Assembly (NCBI GenBank): GCA_964016885.1
Contig: OZ024749.1
Span: forward strand, 9,672,001 to 9,736,000
DNA length: 64,000 nt
Origin: Eledone cirrhosa
Lineage: Eukaryota
Direction: 5' to 3'
Positions 52,923 through 64,000 of the stretch are shown in pieces. The translations under genes were made by a program, and so were the position numbers. How positions within the stretch are numbered: position 1 is the first letter of the stretch; every line of letters starts with the position of its first letter. Under the pieces are notes generated by a model, which saw nothing but the letters and a program-made list of their open reading frames with translations, was not told the origin of the DNA and ran no database searches.

Positions 52923-53529
52923 CTCTTTTCCTACTATATCAGGCATAAAACTAATAATATATTTCTTCATTGTACTGTGTCGTTTGCTTTTGTTATTTCT
53001 ATTTGCCTTTTGCATATATATCTATGTATATATATGTGTGCGTGTGTTTATGTCATTACATATAGAAACAGAAATTCAAAAGAGATGTGGGTTTTTTTAA
53101 ATAGAAGAAATATTTTCACTAAAGATGTCGTCCTCCAAAGGTACAACCCTTCTTTTGGACATACTGAATCCCAGTTCATTGTATAATCATTTATATTACT
53201 TCTGAAGATGTACAAGATATTAAAATGCTTTGTTAAACTCAATATTTTTCTTCTTTAACTAAACTGAAATTACATAAGATTTAGTGAAACATTTGTCATC
53301 ATCATTATCATCAACATCATCATCAACATCATCACTATCATCCACACATAAACATACACATGTAAATGTACACTAACACATACATTGACAACCACTATAT
53401 AAACATACATACAAACGTATAACATACAAACACAGAAACACATTGGCACAAACACACATATAAACAGACACATCATCATCATCATCATTTAACGTCTGCT
53501 TTCCCTGCTAACATGGGTTGCACGGGTCT

Positions 53530-53925
53530 ACATAGGCCATATCAGTACTGAAGCAGGGCTACTGACCTCCCAGACAGGCCAAGTCAGTACCAGGGCTACT
53601 GACCTCCCAGACAGGCCAAGTCAGTACCAAGGCTACTGACCTCCCAGACAGGCCATGTCAGTACCAGAGCTACTGACCTCCCAGACAGGCCATGTCAGTA
53701 CCAGGGCTACTGACCTCCCAGACCGGCCAAATCAGTACTGAAGCAGGGCTACTGACCTCCCAGACAGGCCATGTCAGTACCAGGGCTACTGACCTCCCAG
53801 ACCGGCCATGTCAGTACCAGGGCTACTGACCTCCCAGACCGGCCAAATCAGTACTGAAGCAGGGCTACTGACCTCCCAGACAGGCCATGTCAGTACCAGG
53901 GCTACTGACCTCTCAGACAGACCAG
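53530..53925. repeat. 37/43-bp minisatellite inside a retroposon tail
   Basis: gggctactgacctcccagacaggccatgtcagtacca, about 10 copies. Confidence 0.9.
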
Positions 53926-54029
53926 GGATCTGGTTCCCATTTACATACGTCTTGCGTTCAACTGAGTGCACCATGACAAGAGAGGTTGTCATGTCTTTGA
54001 CACAACTGAAGGGTCCTCCCAACATAAAT

Positions 54030-57000
54030 ATATAACACAACACACAGGTTATGTAACACAGCACATATAACGCACATATTATATAACACAGCACATATAA
54101 CACACATATTATATAACACAACACACATATTATATAACACAACACATATAACACACATATTATATAACACAACACACATAGTATATAACACATCATATAT
54201 AACACACATATTATATAACACAACACATATAACACACATATTATATAACACAACACACATATTATATAACACAACACATATAACACACAGATTATATAAC
54301 ATAGCACATATAACACACATATTATATAACACATCACATATAACGCACAGATTATATAACACAGCACATATAACACACATAGTATATAACACAACACACA
54401 TATTATATAACACAACACATATAACACACAGATTATATAACATAGCACATATAACACACATATTATATAACACAGCACATACAACACACAGATTATATAA
54501 CACAGCACATATAACGCACATATTATATAACACAACACACATATTATATAACACAACACATATAACGCACAGATTATATAACACAGCACATATAACACAC
54601 ATATTATATAACACAACACACATATTATATAACACAACACATATAACACACAGATTATATAACATAGCACATATAACACACATATTATATAACACAGCAC
54701 ATACAACACACAGATTATATAACACAGCACATATAACGCACATATTATATAACACAACACACATATTATATAACACAACACATATAACACACAGATTATA
54801 TAACATAGCACATATAACACACATTATATAACACAGCACATATAACGCACAGATTATATAACACAGCACATATAACACACATATTATATAACACAACACA
54901 TATAACACACATATTATATAACACAACACATATAACACACATATTATATAACACAGCACATATAACACACAGATTATATAACACAGCACATATAACGCAC
55001 ATATTATATAACACAGCACATATAACGCACATATTATATAACACAGCACATATAACACACATATTATATAACACAACACATATAACACACATATTATATA
55101 ACACAACACATATAACACACATATTATATAACACAGCACATATAACGCACAGATTATATAACACAGCACATATAACACACATATTATATAACACAACACA
55201 TATAACACACATATTATATAACACAACACATATAACACACAGATTATATAACACAGCACATATAACGCACATATTATATAACACAGCACATATAACACAC
55301 AGATTATATAACACAACACATATAACACACAGATTATATAACACAGCACATATAACGCACAGATTATATAACACAATACATATAACACACATATTATATA
55401 ACACAATACATATAACACACAGATTATATAACACAGCACATATAACGCACATATTATATAACACAATACATATAACACACATTATATAACACAGAACATA
55501 TAACGCACAGATTATATAACACAACACATATAACACACAGATTATATAACACAATACATATAACACACGTATTATATAACACAACACATATAACACACAT
55601 GTTATATAACACAACACATATAACACAGAGATTATATAACACAATACATATAACACACATATTATATAACACAGCTTATATAACACAGCACATATAACAC
55701 ACAGATCATATAACACAGCACATATAACACACAGATTATATAACACAACAGATATAACACACATATTATATAACACAGCACATATAACACACATATTATA
55801 TAACACAGCACATATAACACACAGATTATATAACACAGCACATATAACACACATATTATATAACACTGCACATATAACACAGCACATATAACACAGCACA
55901 TATAACACAGCACATATAACACACATATTATATAACACAGCACATATAACACACAGGTTATATAACACAACACATATAACACACATATTATATAACACAG
56001 CACATATAACACAACACATGTAACACACATATTATATAACACAGTACATATAACACACAGATTATATAACACAGCACATATAACACACATATATAACACA
56101 GCACATATAACACACATATTATATAACACAGCACATATAACACACAGGTTATATAACACAACACATATAACACACATATTATATAACACAGCACATATAA
56201 CACACAGGTTATATAACACAACACATATAACACACATATTATATAACACAACACATATAACACACATATTATATAACACAGCACATATAACACAACACAT
56301 ATAACACACATATTATATAACACAGCACATATAACACACAGATTATATAACACAGCACATATAACACACGTATTATATAACACAGCACATATAACTCACA
56401 TATTATATAACACAGCACATATAACACACAGGTTATATAACACAGCACATATAACAACACATATAACACACATATTATATAACACAGCATATATAACACA
56501 ACACATATAACACACATATTATATAACACACCACATATAACACACAGCACATATAACACACAGATTATATAACACAGCACATATAACACACATATTATAT
56601 AACACAACACATATAACACACATATTATATAACACAACACATATAACACAGAGATTATATAACACAATACATATAACACACATATTATATAACACAGCTT
56701 ATATAACACAGCACATATAACACACAGATCATATAACACAGCACATATAACACACAGATTATATAACACAATACATATAACGCACATATTATATAACACA
56801 GCACATATAACACACAGATTATATAACACAGCACATATAACACACAGATTATATAACACAGCACATATAACACACAGATTATATAACACAACACATATAA
56901 CACACAGATTATATAACACAACACATATAACACACATATTATATAACACAGCACATATAACACACAGATTATATAACACAACACATATAACACACATATT

Positions 57001-57408
57001 ATATAACACAGCACATATAACACAACACATATAACACACATATTATATAACACAACACATATAACACACAGATTATATAACACAACACATATAACACACA
57101 TATTATATAACACAACACATATAACACACAGAGTATATAACACAGCACATATAACACACAGATTATATAACACAACACATATAACACACATATTATATAA
57201 CACAGCACATATAACACAACACATATAACACACATATTATATAACACAACACATATAACACACAGATTATATAACACAACACATATAACACACATATTAT
57301 ATAACACAACACATATAACACGCATATTATATAACACAACACATATAACACACAGAGTATATAACACAGCACATATAACACACAGGTTATATAACACAAC
57401 ACATATAA
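54030..57408. repeat. ~3.4 kb satellite of 30-bp (2x15) units
   Basis: attatataacaca(g/a)cacatataacacaca(t/g); source of the VLCYIIC ORFs. Confidence 0.98.
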
Positions 57409-57447
57409 TCACACACTAATTAATGCAGTAAACTACACTGTGGCAAT

Positions 57448-57634
57448 CTATTCTACTTCTTGATTGGGATAGAGATCATTGACCATAGTTTCATACGGCA
57501 CATCTTCCACCACCACCTTCTCCTTAGTTACACTCAACATATCTCCATCTACAGTCACCATCAGACGACTGATCTGCCAATCAATTTTGTTAACGAGATC
57601 TTCGTAATTGATGCATTTTTCTTCATTTGTCAAC
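57448..57634 (-). CDS. EFHC2: EF-hand domain-containing family member C2-like, last coding exon
   Basis: Acceptor ttttctag|G, then LTNEEKCINYEDLVNKIDWQ...EDVPYETMVNDLYPNQEVE*. Splices in frame (phase 2) to 58088-58180 and resembles the vertebrate EFHC2 C-terminus (recalled as FEDSEKQIDYKSFFSALNW...IDYWTFLKD). Confidence 0.75.
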
Positions 57635-58087
57635 CTAGAAAATTCGGAAGATAAAGCATGAGTAAGTTTGACATTACATATGTGTGTGTATATAGGTGTG
57701 TGTATGTGTGTATGTGTAGGTGTATGTACATATGTGTCTAAGCATGTGTATGTAAGTGTATGCCTGTATGTGTGTGTATGTTTGTATGTATGTGTGAGTG
57801 TATTTGAGTGTATGTGTGCATGTATATGTATAAGTCTATATGTGTATATGTATGTGTGTACATGTATATGTATGTGTATGTAAAGGTATATGTCTACATA
57901 TCTGTATGTGTCCGTGTGTGTCAGTAAAAATCTCAACTTTTCAGTAATATCTATTTAAGTTTTTCTGAGTTCAAATCACACTGGGTTCAACTTTGGTTTT
58001 AAAACCACAAGGTTTGATATCTCCTGCTAGTACCCTCAAAATACAACAAAACCCCTTTAAGAAACATCAGCTTTAAGGTCCACTTAC

Positions 58088-58180
58088 CTTTCTAAAAGTT
58101 GACACAGTAAATCTTTTGAGATTGGGATTTTATGAGCTAACATTATCTTCCTGACGTTAGAAGCTGGCAAGTGACCAATT
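58088..58180 (-). CDS. EFHC2: EFHC2-like penultimate coding exon
   Basis: tttctatctag| 93 nt |gtaagtg; encodes IGHLPASNVRKIMLAHKIPISKDLLCQLLE(R), compared with recalled EFHC2 VLPTKDIKRLCKSSRLPLSDDLLESLLSR. Confidence 0.78.
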
Positions 58181-58221
58181 CTAGATAGAAATAAAATTGA
58201 AAGATTAGAAATCTGATGAAT

Positions 58222-60033
58222 GTGTGGTTGTGGGTTGAGTGGTTGTGAGGCTGTGTGGTAGAGTGGTTGTGGGGGTGTGTGGTAGTGTGGTAGAGTGGTT
58301 GTGGGGTTGGGTGGTTGGGGGGTAGTGTGGTTGTGAGGCTGTGTGGTAGTGGTTGGGGGGGTAGAGTGGGGGGTAGTTGGGGTGTTGGGGGGTTGTGGAG
58401 TTGTGGGGTTGAGTGGTTGTGTGGTTGTGTGGTAGTGTCGTTGTGGAGTTGGGGGATTGTGGCTGTGTGGTAGTGTGGTTGTGGGGTTGTGCGGTAGTGT
58501 GGTTGTGGGGTTGTGTGGTGGGGGGATTGTGTGGTTGTGGGGTTGAGTGGTTGTGGGGGTTGAGTGGTTGTGCTGTTGTATGGTAGTGTGGTAGTGTGGT
58601 TGTGGGGTTGAGTGGTTGTGGGGTTGTGTGGTTGAGTGGTTGTGTGGTTATGGGATTGTGTGGTTGTGGGGTTGTGGGGTTGTGGGGTTGTGTTGTTGTG
58701 TGGTTGTGGGGTTGTGTGGTTGTGTGGTTGTGGGGTTGTGGGGTTGTGGGGTTGTGGGATTGTGTGGTTATGGGATTGTGTGGTTGTGTGGTTGTGGTTG
58801 TGGGGTTGTGGGGTTGTGTTGTTGTGTGGTTGTGGGGTTGTGTGGTTGTGTGGTTGTGGTTGTGGGGTTGTGGGGTTGTGTTGTTGTGTGGTTGTGGGAT
58901 TGTGTGGTTGTGTGGTTGTGGTTGTGGGGTTGTGGGGTTGTGTTGTTGTGTGGTTGTGGGGTTGTGTGGTTGTGTGGTTGTGGTTGTGGGGTTGTGTTGT
59001 GTGGTTGTGGGATTGTGTGGTTGTGTGGTTGTGGGGTTGTGGGGTTGTGTTGTTGTGTGGTTGTGGGGTTGTGTGGTTGTGTGGTTGTGGTTGTGGGGTT
59101 GTGGGGTTGTGGGGTTGTGGGATTGTGTGGTTATGGGATTGTGTGGTTGTGTGGTTGTGGTTGTGGGGTTGTGGGGTTGTGTTGTTGTGTGGTTGTGGGG
59201 TTGTGTGGTTGTGGTTGTGGGGTTGTGGGGTTGTGGGGTTGTGGGGTTGTGTTGTTGTGTGGTTGTGGGATTGTGTGGTTGTGTGGTTGTGGTTGTGGGG
59301 TTGTGGGGTTGTGGGGTTGTGGGATTGTGTGGTTGTGGGGTTGAGTGGTAGTGTGGTTGTGGGGTTGTGTCGTTGTGGGGTTGTGTTGTTGTGTGGTTGT
59401 GGGGTTGTGTGGTTGTGGGGTTGTGGGGTTGTGTTGTTGTGGGGTTGTGGGGTTGTGGGGTTGTGGGATTGTGTGGTTATGGGATTGTGTGGTTGTGTGG
59501 TTGGGGTTGTGGGGTTGTGTTGTTGTGTGGTTGTGGGGTTGTGTGGTTGTGTGGTTGTGGTTGTGGGGTTGTGGGGTTGTGGGGTTGTGTGGTTGTGGGA
59601 TTGTGTGGTTGTGTGGTTGTGGTTGTGGGGTTGTGGGGTTGTGGGATTGTGTGGTTGTGGGGTTGAGTGGTAGTGTGGTTGTGGGGTTGTGTCGTTGTGG
59701 GGTTGTGTTGTTGTGTGGTTGTGGGGTTGTGTGGTTGTGGGGTTGAGTGATAGTGTGGTTGTGTCGTTGTGGTTGTGTGGTTGCAGGGTTGTGGGGTTGA
59801 GTGATGTGGGGTTGTGTGATTGTGTGGTTGGGGGATTGTGGTTGTGTGGCTGAGGGGTTGTGGAGTTGTGTGGCTGAGGGGTTGTGGAGTTGTGTGGCTG
59901 AGGGGTTGTGGGGTAGTGTGGTTGTGGGGTTGTGTGGTTGTGTTGTTATGGGGTTGTGGGGTTGTGTGGTGGTGTAGTGGTGTGGTTGAATGGTTGTGAG
60001 GTTATGTAGTTGTGGTTGTGGGGTTGTGTGGTT
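58222..60033. repeat. G/T-rich TTGTGGGG/TTGTGTGG satellite (intronic)
   Basis: Direct inspection; many GGGG runs. Confidence 0.97.
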
Positions 60034-60224
60034 AAGAAGTTACATTACAAGCTGGTCCCACACCTGGTCCTACCCTGTATATAACACCCAACTAATGGTG
60101 TAATCCAATGTGATTATGAAATATATGAAAGAAGACCTGATATTGATATGGTTGACAAGGGGAGAAGACTGAGCTGGCTAACTGATGTAATGCTACCACA
60201 GGGTATGTGAGAAGAGACCACCGA

Positions 60225-60650
60225 GGGGTAACTGATATCACACCTCTGGAGGATAACAGGATATGTGAGATAGTTGATATCACACCATCAGGGGGTAACT
60301 GATATCACACCACCAGGGGGTAACTGATATCACACCACCAGGGGGTAACTGATATCACACCACTAGGGGGTAACTGATATCACACTACCAAGGAGTAACT
60401 GATATCACACTACCAAGGGGTAACTGATATCACACCACCAGGGGGCAACTGATACCACACCACCAGGGCGTAACTGATACCACACCACCAGGGGGCAACT
60501 GATATCACATAACACACCACCAGGGGGCAACTGATATCACACATCACACCGCCAGGGGGCAACTGATATCACACATCACACCGCCAGGGGGCAACTGATA
60601 TCACACATAACACTGCTAGGGGGTAATTGATATCACACCACCAGGGGTTA
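60225..60650. repeat. 25-bp minisatellite
   Basis: ggggg(t/c)aactgatatcacaccacca, about 14 copies. Confidence 0.92.
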
Positions 60651-60821
60651 ACAAACTGAGAATTAGTACCTAATATATATAAATCAAACAATACAACACA
60701 ATAAACACACCCCAGCAAGTGATGCCAGCTAAAGAGTCTTATACGGTATTGATATGTCAGCCGGGTGTTGGAGGGACAACATGAAAACCTGCCTAGGACA
60801 TATCACATGTTGAACATAAGA

Positions 60822-60881
60822 TAGCTGCTTGATGAGATCATATCTGTTACGTAACAGATACCACTGAAATATATATAACTA
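60822..60881 (+). ncRNA. Degenerate hammerhead-like motif
   Basis: TTGATGA...tatctgttac gtaacagata...GAAA-TATATA-TA-acta; C3 is lost and stem I is weak. Confidence 0.35.
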
Positions 60882-61090
60882 ATAAAATAAACAATAAAAC
60901 GATGTAACATTCAAGCACACTGACTTCTTTACACACACACACACAGATATATATATATATATAAATCTCTAATGGTAGCTAAGATGCTTCCATGGGCGGT
61001 AGGCCAGTTGAGCACTCTATGCTCCTACGGAGCAGAGTATTATAGAATGGAAAACGAAAAATTAGTGATGCATCGGAACTCAATTTATTG

Positions 61091-61181
61091 TGTGTTACAA
61101 TTGTTTCCCCGGCAAACAGCTTGAGGTGCGATCTGTGTGTGGATCTTACCTGACTCTAGTCTCGCAGGTTCCTCGGACACA
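61091..61181 (-). ncRNA. Hammerhead motif with CCGAGGA core (family 11)
   Basis: Mirror of 61224-61313. Confidence 0.65.
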
Positions 61182-61223
61182 TCTATTGATTTCGGAAAGA
61201 GGATATGATCTGAAATCAATAGA

Positions 61224-61313
61224 TGTGTCCGAGGAACCTGCGAGACTAGAGTCAGGTAGATCCACACACAGATCGCACCTCAAGCTGTTTGCCGGGGAAA
61301 CAATTGTAACACA
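61224..61313 (+). ncRNA. Hammerhead motif with CCGAGGA core and 61-nt stem II (family 11)
   Basis: tgtgt-CCGAGGA-[61 nt]-GAAA-CAATTG-TA-acaca; palindromic stem III, GUA site. Confidence 0.68.
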
Positions 61314-61371
61314 CAATAAATCGAGTTCCGATGCATCACTGATTTTTCGTTTTCCATTCTATATATATATA

Positions 61372-61525
61372 TATAACAAATTTAATATAGAAATGGCTTC
61401 TACAGGACTAGAACTGTTTCATGTGGTGTGGTAGCTGTTATAGTACTACCAGGAGATAACTGATATCTCCTGCTAGTACTATAACAGTCCTGTGGAATGC
61501 ATTTCTATATTAAATTTGTTGTATA
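61372..61525. repeat. Nested inverted repeat
   Basis: 61372-61409 pairs with ~61486-61525; inner hairpin 61435-61487. Confidence 0.8.
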
Positions 61526-61537
61526 CACTCTACTAAT

Positions 61538-61790
61538 CATCATCATCGTTTAACGTCCGTGTTCCACGCTTGCATGGGTTTGGATGGGAGTTTTCCCACT
61601 TGAGGCAAGAGTGATTGTCTTGCTCGCATAGGACTGTCTGGCGGGTTTTCTACAGCTGGATGCCCTTCCTAACACCAACCACATTTACAGTGTGGGGCTG
61701 GGAGGTTTTTACCGTGTTGCCTACACGGCCACATTACAGCGTGGACTGTGTGTTTTTTGTTGTGACACCTACACGATCTCATTTGTTTCG
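61538..61790 (-). mobile_element. RTE/SINE 3' tail related to LINE family B
   Basis: gttaggaagggcatccagctgtagaaa block and (ATG)n tail. Confidence 0.7.
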
Positions 61791-62004
61791 GTCTGGATGT
61801 TGTGGCACCAACATAACTTTACATTGAAAGGGGCGGTGTGGATGGGGTGGGGGTGGTGGGACGGGGGTGTATTGTTAGAGATGCCTATGTATTGGGTATC
61901 TTATTGTGGTTACCCCTGATTGAACCTGTGACTCATATATATATATATACACAGTATTGTAGTAAACACACACACACACACACACATGCACACACACATA
62001 TAGT

Positions 62005-63516
62005 AATGATAAATATGGTGGAACTAGAGAAGAAATTCCAAACATGGAAGCAGGGCCTAGAAACACTAAGGTCTTCATAAGTAGAAGAGAAAACAGAACC
62101 CAGATCCCCTCAGTGAAATGGCCTTGTTCCAGGGCCCTCATTTGCCTTTAAAATGTGAGGGGGACAAACCAACATTTGTTGATTCTTAAAGGAACATAAA
62201 TAGCTTATGGTGCCTTTCCTGGACCCTAACACATAAGTAAAATTTTACACTAATTAAATTTTATATATTCAAATGAATTTCAGATATAAAAAAATAAGCT
62301 TTAAAAGAATTTATTATATCAAATAAACAAAAAATAAAATATAGACATTTTAAAAAGAAGGAGGGGGGGGGGGGGCTTGTCCCCTGGTACCCCCCTGAAA
62401 CAAGGCCCTTGCCTTGCTCAATATGTATGAAGAGTGTAGGTAGAAATTCGATCCTCTGCCCCAAATGCAAACTATTGGTACACAAGAGATGTAGTGAGAT
62501 CTCAGGAAGTTTAGCTAAGAATGTAGGCTTTACATGTAGCAGTTGTACCGGGAAAGTAAGCAGCAAACGACCAAAAGAAACAAGCACTACCAAACTCTGG
62601 GAGGGCTCGGTAGAAACAGTAGATAGCTTTTGCTACTTAGGTGACCGAATTAGTAGCGGAGGTGGGTGTTCTGAAAGTACAGTTGCCAGGGTAACAACGG
62701 AATGGAAGAAGTTCAGGGAGCTATTGCCACAGCTAGCTGCAAAAGGCTTTTCCCTCAAAATGAAAGGCAGACTGTATGGTGTGTGCATACGAACAACAAT
62801 GTTGCATGGTAGTGAGACCAGGGCGTTGTTTGTAGAAGACTTGCGTAGATTAGAAAGAAACGAAGCCTGCATGCTCCGATGGATGTGTAATAGTAATATA
62901 CGAGAACGGCAAAGCATAAACAAATTGAGAGAGAGACTAAGCATAAGAGGAATCAAATGCTGTGTGTAGGAGAGGAGGTTGCATTGGTATGGACATGTGA
63001 TGCGTATGAAGGATGACAGCTGTATGAAAAGGTGCAGAGCACTAGAAGTCGATGAAAGCTGTGGAGTGGAGAGACCCAAGAAGACCTGGGATGAGGTGAT
63101 AAAAGCTGATCTTGCCCAATTTGCACCTCTCAAAGGCGATGACACAGGACTGAGACCTCTGGCGTCACGCAGTAATACAGAAGACCCAGCTTCCCACAGG
63201 TACAAGCCGAAGCTGAAGCATATAGACAGTATGCCCCCACCCCCTCCCACTGTAAAGTGGTTGTGTAGGTGTCACAACAAAAAGCACCCAGTCCACACTG
63301 TGAAGTGGTTGTGTAGGTGCCATGGTAAAAAAGCACCCAGTACTCACTGTAAATGAGGTTGGTGTTAGGAAGGGCATCCAGCTGTAGAAATCAAGACAAA
63401 ATTAGTTCTCTATGAGCAAGACATGGTCACCTGACCTGGCATTGCCCACAACAAGACAACCCATCTAACCCATGCTTGTATGGAAGAATGGACGTAAAAC
63501 AGTAATGATGATGATG
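62005..63516 (+). mobile_element. 5'-truncated RTE LINE family B with long 3' UTR
   Basis: ELEKKFQTWKQGLE...PCSICMKSVGRNSILC...DSFCYLGD...MLHGSET...WYGHVMRM...RPKKTW with stops; UTR ends in (ATG)n. Confidence 0.92.
62130..62411. mobile_element. hAT-type MITE inserted in the LINE
   Basis: cagggcc...ggcccttg ends with an 8-bp TSD ccttgttc/ccttgctc that splits the LINE WPCS motif. Confidence 0.75.
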
Positions 63517-63580
63517 AAAGACCAAAATCCGAAGAGGGCTCAATAAGGATTGTATATGTATATATAAAAGTATATATAAA

Positions 63581-63796
63581 CCCGTAGAGCAAATATTTAT
63601 TATTAGTATTGTATTTTGGTGGTAAAGGCTTTATCTTACATAATTATCTCACATAATATTGAATCTATGAGATTTTGATATTATTTATTTAGAAAACAAT
63701 ACCTTAACATCAGCATAAGTGGACAGTTACAACTGGTTTGAACAGGAAGAGGTGAGAGAATTCTGGCCAGATATGGCTGGTTTAAATGATAAAGGG
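63581..63796. mobile_element. piggyBac-type MITE
   Basis: Homologous to 41039-41466; ends aaaggg-TTAA. Confidence 0.75.
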
Positions 63797-64000
63797 TTAA
63801 ACTTTAATCTGTACTAATAATTAATATAGAGAGAGATTTAGATATATATAGCATGTATTAAATGTTGGAGAGAACAACCATGATCTTTTAATACATATAT
63901 ATTTAATGGCTGATAACTTGTTTCAAACACCAAACCATAAATATGCACGTTGAGCGTATGAAAGTCAATATCTGTTCAGTGAAAATAAATGGATGATTTA

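Larger units (their letters stand above)
60963..61363. mobile_element. Fold-back cassette with a hammerhead in each arm (family 11)
   Basis: ~155-bp arms 61041-61196 and 61209-61363; tail 60963-61040; (TA)n both sides. Confidence 0.9.

Noticed and set aside
57635-57936. N-terminal part of ORF 57448-57936
   Set aside because: This is intronic CA/TA microsatellite read-through; only 57448-57634 is exon.
53786-59746. Cys-rich VLCYIIC and CGCGVVGLW ORFs
   Set aside because: These are translations of the 30-bp and TTGTGGGG satellites.
58222-60033. Interstitial telomere
   Set aside because: Units are not TTAGGG and are heterogeneous.

Overview
Repeat-dense eukaryotic DNA, most likely from an octopod cephalopod (inferred from the SINE, RTE and microsatellite landscape; not verified). 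Host coding sequence is limited to the last two coding exons of an EFHC2-like gene (minus strand, 57448-58180) and one weak candidate exon. Nearly all long ORFs in the track are artefacts of tandem repeats, including a ~16 kb 20-bp satellite. The rest is tRNA-derived SINEs, RTE, CRE and Penelope fragments, a full-length dead DD37D maT transposon, MITEs and a probable non-autonomous Helitron. The most striking signal is about 17 type-I hammerhead ribozyme motifs from about 10 unrelated sequence families, most with a palindromic stem III. Many lie in short fold-back cassettes of one design: (TA)n - short arm <-> long arm + tail - (TA)n. Several carry a conserved GAGTRCT(C) motif downstream. One family is physically linked to a Penelope GIY-YIG C-terminus, so these look like a diverse set of ribozyme-bearing Penelope pseudo-LTR derivatives. 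All pairings and protein similarities were read by eye or recalled, not computed.
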